This document shows, one piece after another, positions 37,297 to 46,763 of a stretch of DNA of 64,000 nucleotides (position 1 is the stretch's first letter; each line of letters starts with the position of its first letter). The notes under the pieces were generated by a model. The model saw only the letters and a list, made by a program, of their open reading frames with translations, was not told where the DNA came from and did no database searches. A program made the translations under genes and the position numbers. The stretch covers positions 130,647-194,646 of the forward strand of contig JACROC010000007.1 of NCBI GenBank assembly GCA_016214655.1, read 5' to 3'. Source of the DNA: Candidatus Harrisonbacteria bacterium (GTDB lineage Bacteria; Patescibacteriota; Minisyncoccia; UBA6257; 02-FULL-45-10c).

Positions 37297-37869
37297 TTAT
37301 TGTTTGGTAGTAGTTGGTGAGTGTGGACGAACGTACAGGATGTACATCATGATGGTTTCGATCGCGAAGAACGTAACCGGCTGGGCAGCATCTGCCAGGG
37401 TCCACTGCGGGATTGCGATGACCGCGCACACGCAGGAAACCCAGAAGATCGTCCAGGCCAACTTGTCTTCGCGACTTGGATCTGTCCATGCCGACATGAA
37501 CGTCGGAATGGAGCCGAGGAATACTACACTGAGACTTGTCATGATACCGAGCACTGGATTGCTGAATGCTTGCCAGAGCACGATGCCGAGAACGGCACCG
37601 GCGAGGCAGAACTTGTCCAACTTCGTCCAGCCCGGAGTCCCATACTTCAGGGCGAGAGCGACAACCACCCAAGCTCCAATGACGGCGCCGAGGATTTGAC
37701 CGTTGACCGTATCCTTAGCGTACATCCCAGCGAGGGTGATCGTATCCAGACTTGCCCAGATGAGCCATGACGACTTTGCCGGCTTCGTCTCCCCTAGCAG
37801 AATGGCGCGGATGTAGGGAACGAAAGCGGCGATGAATAGTAGGCCGGCAACGGCGGATAGAGCTTTCAT
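37297..37869 (-). CDS. Polytopic membrane protein, GC-rich, paralog 2 of a tandem pair
   Basis: About 6 TM helices. Paralogous to 36655..37284. AAAGGAGGG RBS. Confidence 0.5.
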   Translation of the reverse strand: MKALSAVAGLLFIAAFVPYIRAILLGETKPAKSSWLIWASLDTITLAGMYAKDTVNGQILGAVIGAWVVVALALKYGTPGWTKLDKFCLAGAVLGIVLWQAFSNPVLGIMTSLSVVFLGSIPTFMSAWTDPSREDKLAWTIFWVSCVCAVIAIPQWTLADAAQPVTFFAIETIMMYILYVRPHSPTTTKQ

Positions 37870-38026
37870 TACACCCTCCTTTATGAAAATTTTAAGGTAC
37901 TGCCCTTATAAAAATATAATAGCATATTTAATCTGTATTGTCAAGGTAAATCTATATAGGGATTGCAAAATAACTGGTAAACAGTTATTTTTTTATTAGT
38001 TGCTGAAAATTGCATAGGAGATTTAG

Positions 38027-38794
38027 GTGGCAAATCGTGTCTGGGTTTTTGATTTGGACGGTACGCTGATGGATACCTTGGATTTATATCGTAAACCAGC
38101 TGAAGAGGCATATACCCTAATTATGAGAAAACTTGGCGATCACTCCCCTTCTTTTAATGAGATTAAGGAGCGCCATAGTATTCTTGATAAGGAAATGATT
38201 TATCAAAAAGATCCGGATACCGGAAAGTTATATTTGTTTACAAAGAAACGATTTCCTACTTCGCTGGTGAAAATATATGAAATACTTTGCAAGGAAGCGG
38301 GAATTGAACCGAGTTTCTTGGTTATGCGTAAGATTTATCGGATTGGACTTAAGGCATTTAATCAGGAGCGCTACCGTCGTAAGATTAAACCCCAGGCCTT
38401 TATGATTGCTCAATTTTTGAAGAAACGAGGAGATATTCTTTTCATTTTAACTAAAGGGGATAGGCGTATTCAGGGAGATAAGCGGAGGGCACTCAAAGAG
38501 GCGGGGCTGCTTAAATTCTTTAAGGCATTTATTATTGTACCGGATGATAAGGGGCCGGCTCTTAAGTCGATTAAGGAAACATATCCCGACAATGAGCGTT
38601 ATTGCATCGGCGACACTTATAAGGCAGATATCATGCCGGGTATTAAATGGGGGTTTTTCGGTGTTTATATACCCTCAAACGCAAACTGGATGGAGGTTGG
38701 AAGGTTGAAGTGGATTGAACAACAGCGAAGCAAGAGACGCTCTAATAGGTACGCCAATTTAATGGAAATAGCCGAAAAATACGATTATCTGTGA
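38027..38794 (+). CDS. HAD-superfamily hydrolase
   Basis: Motif I VWVFDLDGTLMDT (DxDGT). GTG start with GGAG upstream. Confidence 0.65.
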   Translation: MANRVWVFDLDGTLMDTLDLYRKPAEEAYTLIMRKLGDHSPSFNEIKERHSILDKEMIYQKDPDTGKLYLFTKKRFPTSLVKIYEILCKEAGIEPSFLVMRKIYRIGLKAFNQERYRRKIKPQAFMIAQFLKKRGDILFILTKGDRRIQGDKRRALKEAGLLKFFKAFIIVPDDKGPALKSIKETYPDNERYCIGDTYKADIMPGIKWGFFGVYIPSNANWMEVGRLKWIEQQRSKRRSNRYANLMEIAEKYDYL

Positions 38795-39015
38795 AACAAT
38801 GTTTAACAGCGCCATAGGCGCTGTTTATTATTTTCTAAGCGTGAAACAATTTTGTGAAACATTGGTAAGGATTTTGTGCTTAAAGTGACGATGGTACCGT
38901 TACATGAAACAATTTCATTAGATCAATTTTAACGAAAATAATGTTTCACAATTATTTTGTGAAACATTGATATTAGATTTGTGCTTAAATTTAGAAAATT
39001 GTTTGCGGTGAAACA
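38795..39015. repeat. Cluster of GTGAAACA(A/T)T octamer repeats and a roughly 45-nt imperfect direct repeat flanking the homing-endonuclease gene
   Basis: GTGAAACA or its reverse complement occurs at about 38797, 38833, 38846, 38914, 38942(rc), 38958, 39008 and again at 39444(rc). The unit ..ttttgtgaaacattg..a..atttgtgcttaaa is repeated at about 38838-38888 and about 38951-38996. Confidence 0.6.
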
Positions 39016-39443
39016 CTTTTAGCTTCGAAATGACCACGTTTGTATAGGCTATAGAGAACTTTATAATCTGGATGAATATCCGGATCTTGGCCGATTTTCT
39101 CAAGCCATTCTAATAATTGTTTTCCTTTATAACCAATAAGTTTCTTATAGAAAAATGGAATTATTATATCTCTAAGCTCTCCAAAATCTCTTACGATTAA
39201 TCTTGCTGTTTTGCCTCTCTTAAATCCGTCCAAGCTATATGGTTTAAGGATATAAATTTTATTTTTAATATTTAAGCGTCGCTTAACTTGTTCAATTAAT
39301 TCTTTATCCCGTTCATGCATACTAAGAACAAATGCAGGTATTTTTATTTTATTGCCATGCTTATTCTTCTGGGGTATATTACAAAAGGAAAAACAGCCTT
39401 CGCCATCTATTAATCCTCTAATATAGTTGTCAGTTATATTCAT
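38991..39443 (-). CDS. LAGLIDADG-family homing endonuclease (free-standing)
   Basis: N-terminal YIRGLIDGEGCF is the canonical LAGLIDADG motif. 150 aa, single-motif type. Confidence 0.75.
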   Translation of the reverse strand: MNITDNYIRGLIDGEGCFSFCNIPQKNKHGNKIKIPAFVLSMHERDKELIEQVKRRLNIKNKIYILKPYSLDGFKRGKTARLIVRDFGELRDIIIPFFYKKLIGYKGKQLLEWLEKIGQDPDIHPDYKVLYSLYKRGHFEAKSVSPQTIF

Positions 39444-39515
39444 ATAGTTTCACAATAAACTTTCTTAATTTGTTATCGCGATAACAAATTATATCATGTA
39501 ATTCAACAAACATCT

Positions 39516-39983
39516 ATGACTAAAAAATCTGAAACAGGAAAACTGGGTGAAGATATTGCCTGCCAATATCTTTTAAACAAAGGATTTAGTATTATTGAGC
39601 GAAATTATAGGAAGCTATGGGGCGAGTTAGATATTATTGCGAAAGATCCGGAGGGAACTTTAGTTTTTGTAGAGGTAAAGGCAATTCGGCAATTCGGCAA
39701 TTATAAAAATGCGGCAATTTTGCCGGAAGAAAATTTAACTGCCGCAAAATTAAAGAAATTAAAAAGAACCGCATCTTTATATGCTGGATTTAATGAAAAT
39801 TTAATTGATGACGAAAGGGGATGGAGGATTGATCTCGTTGCAATCATGATTCCGGATGTTTTACATGAAACATTGATCCCGTTAGAGACAGAGGCACGCT
39901 GTGAGCCCTCGCGGTCTCTAACGGGATTGACAGAATTATTAAAATATTGTGATATAAAACATTTTGAAAATGTGGAAATGTAA
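39516..39983 (+). CDS. YraN-family (UPF0102) endonuclease-like protein
   Basis: GEDIACQYLLNKGFSIIERNYR...GELDIIAKDPEGTLVFVEVKA matches the UPF0102/YraN PD-(D/E)xK pattern. Has a C-terminal extension. Confidence 0.65.
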   Translation: MTKKSETGKLGEDIACQYLLNKGFSIIERNYRKLWGELDIIAKDPEGTLVFVEVKAIRQFGNYKNAAILPEENLTAAKLKKLKRTASLYAGFNENLIDDERGWRIDLVAIMIPDVLHETLIPLETEARCEPSRSLTGLTELLKYCDIKHFENVEM

Positions 39984-40013
39984 AATGCCGCTCTGAAGAG
40001 CGGCATTTGGATA

Positions 40014-41366
40014 TTAAAAACTGAAAACTAAAGAGGTAGCAATCTGATTGATGTTGGTTTGGCGCGCGTTATCAACTGGAGGAACGTTAATGGTCCAATA
40101 AGAATATTCGGTTTTTAAGATTAAATTGTTATTAATTGGGAAATTCAGGCCGCCGGTGTATTTATCAATTTTGGTAGTAATTTGGTTTCCTTGATTGGGA
40201 AATGCGCTTATTGGCAGGCCCGTTTTTGGTTCGGCATTTCTTGAAAAAATTAGTTTTGGGCCGGAGCGTTCTATCCGGTTAAAGGCCAGAATGCCAAGTA
40301 ATTTTTTACCATTTCCTTTTACTTGCCAAATCGGAAAAGAAGATTGAAAATAAAATCCACGATTAATTTCTATCTTACTCGGAAGATTATCCGTATTTTG
40401 GGCGAAATCCACATTATCATTGGCATCGGCTTGTGCAAGACTAAAATCGGTTTCGCTGTAGACATATTCTCCGCTGAAACTGAAATTTTTATATTGGAAC
40501 AATAAATCAGTTCCGCAAATTCTATAATCTTGGCCGAAGACAGCCTCTTCCAAATCATAGCGTCCATACATGCCGGATAATCCGACTCTGACTCCTTTTA
40601 ATTCGAGCCCCTCTTCAACTGGGAAAGGAATTTTTAAATCACCCAAGGCAAAGGCTATCCTACCGCCTGGAGCTTTGTTGTTGTTGTTGTCGGCAAGGTT
40701 ATTGTTTAGATGTCCGAAGTCCATATTGACACCGCTGATCGGCCGGCCTTGCACGTTAAGCTTTCCAGTATAGGGAAAGGTCCGCAATCGATTGCCGACT
40801 TCGCCAAATCCATTTACCAAATAAGCGGTTAGTTCGCTTGGCAGCCATCGATATGAATTTGGATAGTAGCTTGCCCTTGCTCCGATATCAGTATAACCAG
40901 CGCTGAATGGCGGACGGGGAGAATTTAGCCTAAGAACAAGGTCTAAGTTGTCGGGAGAGGCATAAATTAGCGGCTTGGTGATGGATAGAAATTTATCTGC
41001 TCGATAGAGTTCATTATAGTGGCCGAAGGGAACCAGAAATTTACCCAATTCTAACTTTAATTTCTCATCCCAATAACGGAAATTAGTCGAGAAGCGATAG
41101 AGATTGATTTGTCCCTGGGAGGCAGTTGGAATTTGAAATTCCAGTAAGAAGGGATATTTTTCGCTGATTTTTCCATCCATTCCGAAAAATATATCAGACA
41201 GATAAACTTGTGTCTGGATTTGATATTCATAGCCGGGCCTTCTGGGACCGACGGTTCGGAAGTTAAGGGACATGCTGCCGTTAAGATTGAGATTCTTGGT
41301 GATTTCTTTGGGGTGGGCGAGGGGGGTGATTTGCAGTAAGGACAGAAGCAGAAAAGTCTTTTTCAT
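40014..41366 (-). CDS. Putative outer-membrane beta-barrel (porin-like) protein
   Basis: Signal peptide, alternating amphipathic pattern, C-terminal ...TSLVFSF ending in Phe (beta-barrel C-terminal signature). AAAGGAGGAAAA RBS. Confidence 0.4.
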   Translation of the reverse strand: MKKTFLLLSLLQITPLAHPKEITKNLNLNGSMSLNFRTVGPRRPGYEYQIQTQVYLSDIFFGMDGKISEKYPFLLEFQIPTASQGQINLYRFSTNFRYWDEKLKLELGKFLVPFGHYNELYRADKFLSITKPLIYASPDNLDLVLRLNSPRPPFSAGYTDIGARASYYPNSYRWLPSELTAYLVNGFGEVGNRLRTFPYTGKLNVQGRPISGVNMDFGHLNNNLADNNNNKAPGGRIAFALGDLKIPFPVEEGLELKGVRVGLSGMYGRYDLEEAVFGQDYRICGTDLLFQYKNFSFSGEYVYSETDFSLAQADANDNVDFAQNTDNLPSKIEINRGFYFQSSFPIWQVKGNGKKLLGILAFNRIERSGPKLIFSRNAEPKTGLPISAFPNQGNQITTKIDKYTGGLNFPINNNLILKTEYSYWTINVPPVDNARQTNINQIATSLVFSF

Positions 41367-41495
41367 TTTTCCTCCTTTCAGTTCTTAATCTACTGGTCAT
41401 AGTTTACAAGATCTTCTGGGAAAAGTCAAATGACTGTACCAGAAAGATTGTAAAGCAATTTTTAATTTAAATGGCTATATATTATAATTAATCTA

Positions 41496-44400
41496 ATGAG
41501 AAAATTTTTCGCGGGTTCGTTATTTGTTTTATTATTCACTTTTTTATTTAGTAATATAGCCTTTGCTGTCCAGCCGTATTGTCTTGGTCCATGGATTACT
41601 GAATACAGATATAGAGACTCGGGTGGGCTTAGTGCGGATCAGTGTTATAACCTTGTAAATATTCAAAATTCTGGAGCTACGATAGTCGGCGGATATGCGT
41701 TGCAAAGTTATAGTGTAGATAGAGCCAGTCCACATTGCGAGACCGGTGCATTTTCTCGGGTTGCGGTTTTGGATCCGGGCGGCGAAAGCGGAACTTTATA
41801 TTGCCCGAAATTAAGCGATTCGGTTCAATTAAGCGCTAGCGGCGCAAATTTGGTTTCTGGAAATACTTATCAAATTAACCAGTTTGGCAGCTTTGCAGTT
41901 TCTTGGAATGCTCCTTTTGCGCTTAGCTGTAATTTGTCTGGGAATGCTCCATTTGGCAAATCGTTCGGCGGTGAGTTTGACGGGAGAAGGTCGTCTATTA
42001 TCGGCACCAGCGAAACTTATCGGGATGTGCCTAAGGGAATCTACAGATTTGAATTTGCTTGCAGTGGTTATAAAGATAATCAAATTTCCCCGGATATTGT
42101 AGAAACTAGAAAAGGCGTTACGGTTTTTTCCGGACCAGTGACCTATCCTCAAGTTTCTTTTTCAATAGAACCAACTGCGGTAATCAGGGGTGAGCCGACT
42201 AAATTAATTTGGACATCGGAAAATGTTAAGCGGTTGACTCTTGATGGAGCATCGGTCGCTTTAAGTGGGGAAAAGACTGTAACTAAAACTACAGAAGGAA
42301 CTTTTACTTTTAAAATGGTTGGCTATGGAGAATCGGAGCTGCCTCCTGTTACGGTGGAGAAAACACTGACGGTTTTACCATATCCCCGGCCACAGATTAA
42401 TTTTTTTAAAGTGATACCAGGATCAATCAATAAAGAAAAAGGCGAGAGCGCAATTTTGCAATGGGAAACCGAAAATACTAATTCAGTTACTATTATTCCG
42501 GATCCCGATCCTAGTAAATCCGAAGGGACAAGCGGCTTTGTAGAGATTTCTCCCAGGTTATCAACTAATTACCGGCTTACTGCTTATAGTAAATTCGCTG
42601 ATTTAAAAGAGGCTAGCGCCACTGCATATTTAGAAACTATTTATCCGAAGCTGGAAATTCTTTCATTTGATATTGACCGGGATTCTATTTTTATGGGAGA
42701 GGGCGCGTTTTTAAGCTGGCGCACAAAAAATGTTACCGCCGCATCTTTAAAAGATAGCGACGGAAGGACGATTTCAAATCAGTTGAACGGTTCGGTTACT
42801 GTAAATCCCCTAAAGAAAACCACTTATACTTTATTTGGTACCGGAAAATTTGATGAATCAGGTGAGATAGAGGAATCAAAAGTTTTGAATGTTAGCGCAC
42901 CAGTATTAGAAATTAGTTCCTTTGCCGCTGGTCCATCCCCGGTCATTAGGGGCGAAAAGGTGACTTTTGCTTGGGTAACTAAAAATATCAAGTTTTTAGC
43001 CATCCGCGATGAGACCAGGGGAAGAATTATTGCCTCTAATATAGATCCGGCTTTGGGTAAATATACTCTGGACATTTCCCCATCTAGTGATACGGAGTAC
43101 ATTCTTATCGGCACCGGTGAATTTTTAGAATCGGGATCAACTAGAAAATCCTTTAACTTGAAGGTTAATTTGCCTCCGGCGCCAATTATTAAGTTATTTG
43201 AAATTACTCCACAGACTATTGTCAGGGGTAGAGAGCAAAAAATCACTATTAAATGGGAAACGGAAAATGCGGAATTTTTAACTATTAAAGATGGAAGCGG
43301 CAGGACTATTAATTTAGGAACAGATTTTGATAAAAGAGCCGATCAAGTAGATATTGTTCCGCCGCCCACCATTGATACCTCTTATACTATTATTGTTAGG
43401 GGGAAATTTATTGAACAAGGTGAGGCAAAACAAACAAAAACAGTAGAGGTTAATCTTCCGGGAGCTCCTAACATCAGCTCCTTTACCGCTAATCCACCGG
43501 CTATTATCAAGGGCGGAAAGTCAATTTTGAGATGGAGCGCTGAAAATGCGGTTTCTTTAACCATCAGAGATGATCGCGGCATAATTATTGCCGATAAATT
43601 AGATCCAGGAATTAACGAGATTGAAGTAAGACCGGACGTGAAGACGCAATATTCTTTAACCGCTTATCCGCAATTTACCGAACAAGGGACGGATCGAAAA
43701 TTCGCAACCGTGGATGTATCGTTGCCATCTGGCCCGCAGATTACTTCTTTTACCAGCGAGCCATCGGCAATTGTCCGCGGGACTATTGCCAAGGTTATTT
43801 TAAAATGGCAAGCGCAGAATGTTTCCTCGATTATTATCAGGGATCAGACCAGAAGTATAACTTTGGAAGATAATTTGGATCCTAAGCTGGGACAATTAGA
43901 AGTCAATGCTCCGACTTCTGATACTACTTACGCTATTACCGGCCTTGGGCTCTTGCCGGAATTGCCATCGGCAAAAAGCTCTTTTACTTTAAAGGTTTTT
44001 TTGCCGCAGATTCAGGTTAATTTCAGCTTAGATAAGAATTTAATTACTCGCGGGGATAAGGTGAATTTAAAATGGGATACGGTTAACGCCGAATCAATTT
44101 TAATTAAGGATAATATCGGCAGAATCATCGGCAGAGATCTGAACCCGGCAGCTGGAGAAATTTTAGACCGGCCGGCTACGGATGTAACTTCTTATACTTT
44201 AACCGCTACCGGAGAATTTTTGGAATCTAAGCCGATTGCTAAATCAGTTGCTATCAAGGTTAATCCGCCGCAGAAGCCAACTATTACTTTATTAGAGCTT
44301 AATCCGCCAAAGATCATCCGCGGGCAAAAATCAATTTTGAAATGGGAGTCGGTAAATGCAATTGTTCTTGATATAAAAGATGATCACGGACAGTCGTTAG

Positions 44401-46565
44401 CGAAGGGCTTGGATCCGCAGAAGGGAGAAATAGAAGTCGCGCCGAAGGCGGATACTGTTTATACAATTACGGTTAGCGGGGCATTGGCGGAAGCCGGTTC
44501 AGATCAAGAAACTATTTTGTTAGATGTAAGGCCGCCAACTCCGGAAATAACTTATTTTAAGGTTGAGCCAGGAACTATTGTGAAAGGAGAACAAAAAGCG
44601 ATGCTGAAGTGGCAAACCAAAAATACCTCTAGTGTCAGCGTTAAAGATGGCGCTGGAAAATCGGTAGGGTATTTTTTGGATGCGGCTATGGACGAAGTAG
44701 AGGTGGTTCCGGATCTCACCACTAAATATACACTGACGGCCAAAGGTGAAACTTTGGAAGCGGGCGAGGCCAGACAAACTGTTATTTTAAATGTTGCTTT
44801 GCCGGGCAGCCCTCAAATTACGTCTTTTTCCGTAAATCCGGAATCAGTTTTAAGAGGAAATGGCGCTACTTTATCTTGGGAAACCAAGGACGGAATTTCG
44901 GCATCTTTAAGCCCGGAAATTGGCAGAGTAGATTTAAGTGGATCGGTTGATGTGAAGCCAATAGCTACGACTGAATATATTTTGACGGTTGCCGGTAAAT
45001 TTGAAGAGCAGGGGGTAGCTAAAGAATCCGTCATACTCAGCGTTACACTTCCAGACGGGCCAAGAATCACCTCATTTAAAATTGAGCCGGAAAAAATTAA
45101 AAAGGGAGAAAGCGCCACTTTGAATTGGTCTACAGAGAACGCGACCTCTGTATTGATTTCTCCGGGGATTGGTCCGGTAAGAACTACTGGAACAATGAAA
45201 GTTTCTCCATCCATCACTACTCGTTATACCATTACGGCCCAAGGTAAGTTTAAAGAATCCGGAGAGGATAAAAGATTTATGCTTTTAAAAGTTGAAGAGG
45301 CCCTGCCATTTACTCCTGTAAAACTTCCGGAAATTATAGAAGAAGAGAAGGAGAAGGAAGCTGAGGCCTCAAAGCCAGCGGCGAAACCGGTGATTGATTT
45401 GAAGGTTAATGGCCAAGACGGACCACTGACAATCGCGGCGCCGGCCACACTTAATTTGTCTTGGAATTTAGACGCGTATTGTTTGGTTTACGGTTCTTGG
45501 ATCGGTGTTAAAAATAGGGCTGGCCAGGATCGCCGCGTGGAAAGTAAGCCCGGCACTTATACATATAAGATTTATTGTCCGACTATAGGATCCGATGAGG
45601 TTTCGGTGAATGTTGTGAGATCCAGAAGAGGCGGGGCGGGGGTTGGGGGTGAGGGCGAGGTAGCTTTGCCGTTTGCCGAAGCCAGTGTCAGTAAGGATTC
45701 TAAGAATTTTCAGAAAAGAATCAGCGTGATACACGGCGAGCCTGTTGGGTTTTGGTTTGGCGCCGCTTACGATACTGACGGCGATAATTTAGCCTCACGG
45801 GACGAAACTGATGGCTGGACAAGGCTGATGTCTTCTGGCGGGCGTTGCGATTGGAATACTGACCTAAATCAAGGAGAGGCGACCTTTGAAATAACCGGTA
45901 GCAGTCCTAAGAATCCGGAGCAATGCACCTATTATCTTGGGGAATTAACCTTTAATGACGAGCCCGGCATTTATAGTTATGAAGTTTTGCGATTAGTGCA
46001 AAATGATGGCAAAGTTTCCAATATTGCATCAGTAGAAGTAGAAGTTTTGCCGACTTTGCTGCCACCTGGCCCGCCGGAAATTGATTTAAGAATTAACAAT
46101 CTAGAAGGACCAGTTACTTTGGGCGCACCAGCCGATTATAATGTTACTTGGAATGTTAAAAATGCGGATTCTTGCACCTCTTCCGGTTCATGGGGTGGAG
46201 ATAAGTCTGTCGGCGGGTCGCAGCATTTTGTATCATCAGAGAAAAAAGATTTTATTTATACGCTTACTTGTACTGGGAAACTCGGAACAACTTCCAAGAG
46301 TATCTCTCTGAAAGTCGCAGAGCTTCCGGTTTGTGATTTTTCCGCTTTACCAACGGTTATCAGTTTATCTTCATTTGAACGTCAATCAGTTCTTACCTGG
46401 AAGTGCCAATTCGCAAATTCCTGTTCTATCTCTCCCGGCGTAGATATCGACGGCAAAACTTTCGGGTCCATTAGGGTTTCTCCGGCGGAAACTACAAAAT
46501 ATACTTTAGTTTGCCAGAATTTTGAAGGTAGTAGCGGTTTTGGTGCCTCAGTTGAGGTGAGGTAA
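41496..46565 (+). CDS. Giant secreted repeat protein (1689 aa) with about 12 tandem roughly 90-aa Ig-like repeats; putative surface adhesin
   Basis: Signal peptide MRKFFAGSLFVLLFTFLFSNIAFA. Recurring repeat signature (I/L)xWx(T/S)xNAxSxxI(K/R)D about every 90 aa. Divergent Cys-containing C-terminal domains. Confidence 0.7.
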   Translation: MRKFFAGSLFVLLFTFLFSNIAFAVQPYCLGPWITEYRYRDSGGLSADQCYNLVNIQNSGATIVGGYALQSYSVDRASPHCETGAFSRVAVLDPGGESGTLYCPKLSDSVQLSASGANLVSGNTYQINQFGSFAVSWNAPFALSCNLSGNAPFGKSFGGEFDGRRSSIIGTSETYRDVPKGIYRFEFACSGYKDNQISPDIVETRKGVTVFSGPVTYPQVSFSIEPTAVIRGEPTKLIWTSENVKRLTLDGASVALSGEKTVTKTTEGTFTFKMVGYGESELPPVTVEKTLTVLPYPRPQINFFKVIPGSINKEKGESAILQWETENTNSVTIIPDPDPSKSEGTSGFVEISPRLSTNYRLTAYSKFADLKEASATAYLETIYPKLEILSFDIDRDSIFMGEGAFLSWRTKNVTAASLKDSDGRTISNQLNGSVTVNPLKKTTYTLFGTGKFDESGEIEESKVLNVSAPVLEISSFAAGPSPVIRGEKVTFAWVTKNIKFLAIRDETRGRIIASNIDPALGKYTLDISPSSDTEYILIGTGEFLESGSTRKSFNLKVNLPPAPIIKLFEITPQTIVRGREQKITIKWETENAEFLTIKDGSGRTINLGTDFDKRADQVDIVPPPTIDTSYTIIVRGKFIEQGEAKQTKTVEVNLPGAPNISSFTANPPAIIKGGKSILRWSAENAVSLTIRDDRGIIIADKLDPGINEIEVRPDVKTQYSLTAYPQFTEQGTDRKFATVDVSLPSGPQITSFTSEPSAIVRGTIAKVILKWQAQNVSSIIIRDQTRSITLEDNLDPKLGQLEVNAPTSDTTYAITGLGLLPELPSAKSSFTLKVFLPQIQVNFSLDKNLITRGDKVNLKWDTVNAESILIKDNIGRIIGRDLNPAAGEILDRPATDVTSYTLTATGEFLESKPIAKSVAIKVNPPQKPTITLLELNPPKIIRGQKSILKWESVNAIVLDIKDDHGQSLAKGLDPQKGEIEVAPKADTVYTITVSGALAEAGSDQETILLDVRPPTPEITYFKVEPGTIVKGEQKAMLKWQTKNTSSVSVKDGAGKSVGYFLDAAMDEVEVVPDLTTKYTLTAKGETLEAGEARQTVILNVALPGSPQITSFSVNPESVLRGNGATLSWETKDGISASLSPEIGRVDLSGSVDVKPIATTEYILTVAGKFEEQGVAKESVILSVTLPDGPRITSFKIEPEKIKKGESATLNWSTENATSVLISPGIGPVRTTGTMKVSPSITTRYTITAQGKFKESGEDKRFMLLKVEEALPFTPVKLPEIIEEEKEKEAEASKPAAKPVIDLKVNGQDGPLTIAAPATLNLSWNLDAYCLVYGSWIGVKNRAGQDRRVESKPGTYTYKIYCPTIGSDEVSVNVVRSRRGGAGVGGEGEVALPFAEASVSKDSKNFQKRISVIHGEPVGFWFGAAYDTDGDNLASRDETDGWTRLMSSGGRCDWNTDLNQGEATFEITGSSPKNPEQCTYYLGELTFNDEPGIYSYEVLRLVQNDGKVSNIASVEVEVLPTLLPPGPPEIDLRINNLEGPVTLGAPADYNVTWNVKNADSCTSSGSWGGDKSVGGSQHFVSSEKKDFIYTLTCTGKLGTTSKSISLKVAELPVCDFSALPTVISLSSFERQSVLTWKCQFANSCSISPGVDIDGKTFGSIRVSPAETTKYTLVCQNFEGSSGFGASVEVR

Positions 46566-46664
46566 TCAGCGGAGCTTTAGGATCTTGACAAATCCTACTT
46601 TGTTGTCTATTATTATTGTAATGATTGATTGTCCGCCGAGAGCGGACATTTTATTAAAAACAAT

Positions 46665-46760
46665 CGCGATACCAATATACTAATGCATGCGAATGATACC
46701 AATAATACAAATTCGCATTTATTCGTATCATTAGTACAATTCGTATATTAGTATCATAGT
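46665..46760 (+). repeat. AT-rich intergenic repeat, copy 2 (immediately upstream of nusA; has a central deletion relative to copies 1 and 3)
   Basis: cgcgataccaatatactaatgcatgcgaatgataccaata...attcgtatcattagtacaattcgtatattagtatcatag ends 3 nt before the nusA ATG. Confidence 0.8.
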
Positions 46761-46763
46761 TTT

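Noticed and set aside
37004-37770. ORFs 37004..37672(-), 37253..37699(+) and 37321..37770(+) overlapping the membrane-protein paralogs
   Set aside because: They are GC-driven shadow frames. The chosen frames show consistent transmembrane hydropathy periodicity, paralogy with each other and strong RBSs.
38795-39015. Possible CRISPR array, because of the repeated GTGAAACA units
   Set aside because: The repeat unit is only 8-10 nt, spacing is irregular, copies are in both orientations, and there are no cas genes. The region flanks a homing endonuclease, so it is a regulatory or target-site repeat rather than CRISPR.
39670-39700. Tandem ggcaattc x3 inside the YraN gene, a possible slippage or phase-variation tract
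   Set aside because: Only three units, in-frame, encoding ordinary residues (AIRQFGNYK). Too short to call a contingency locus.
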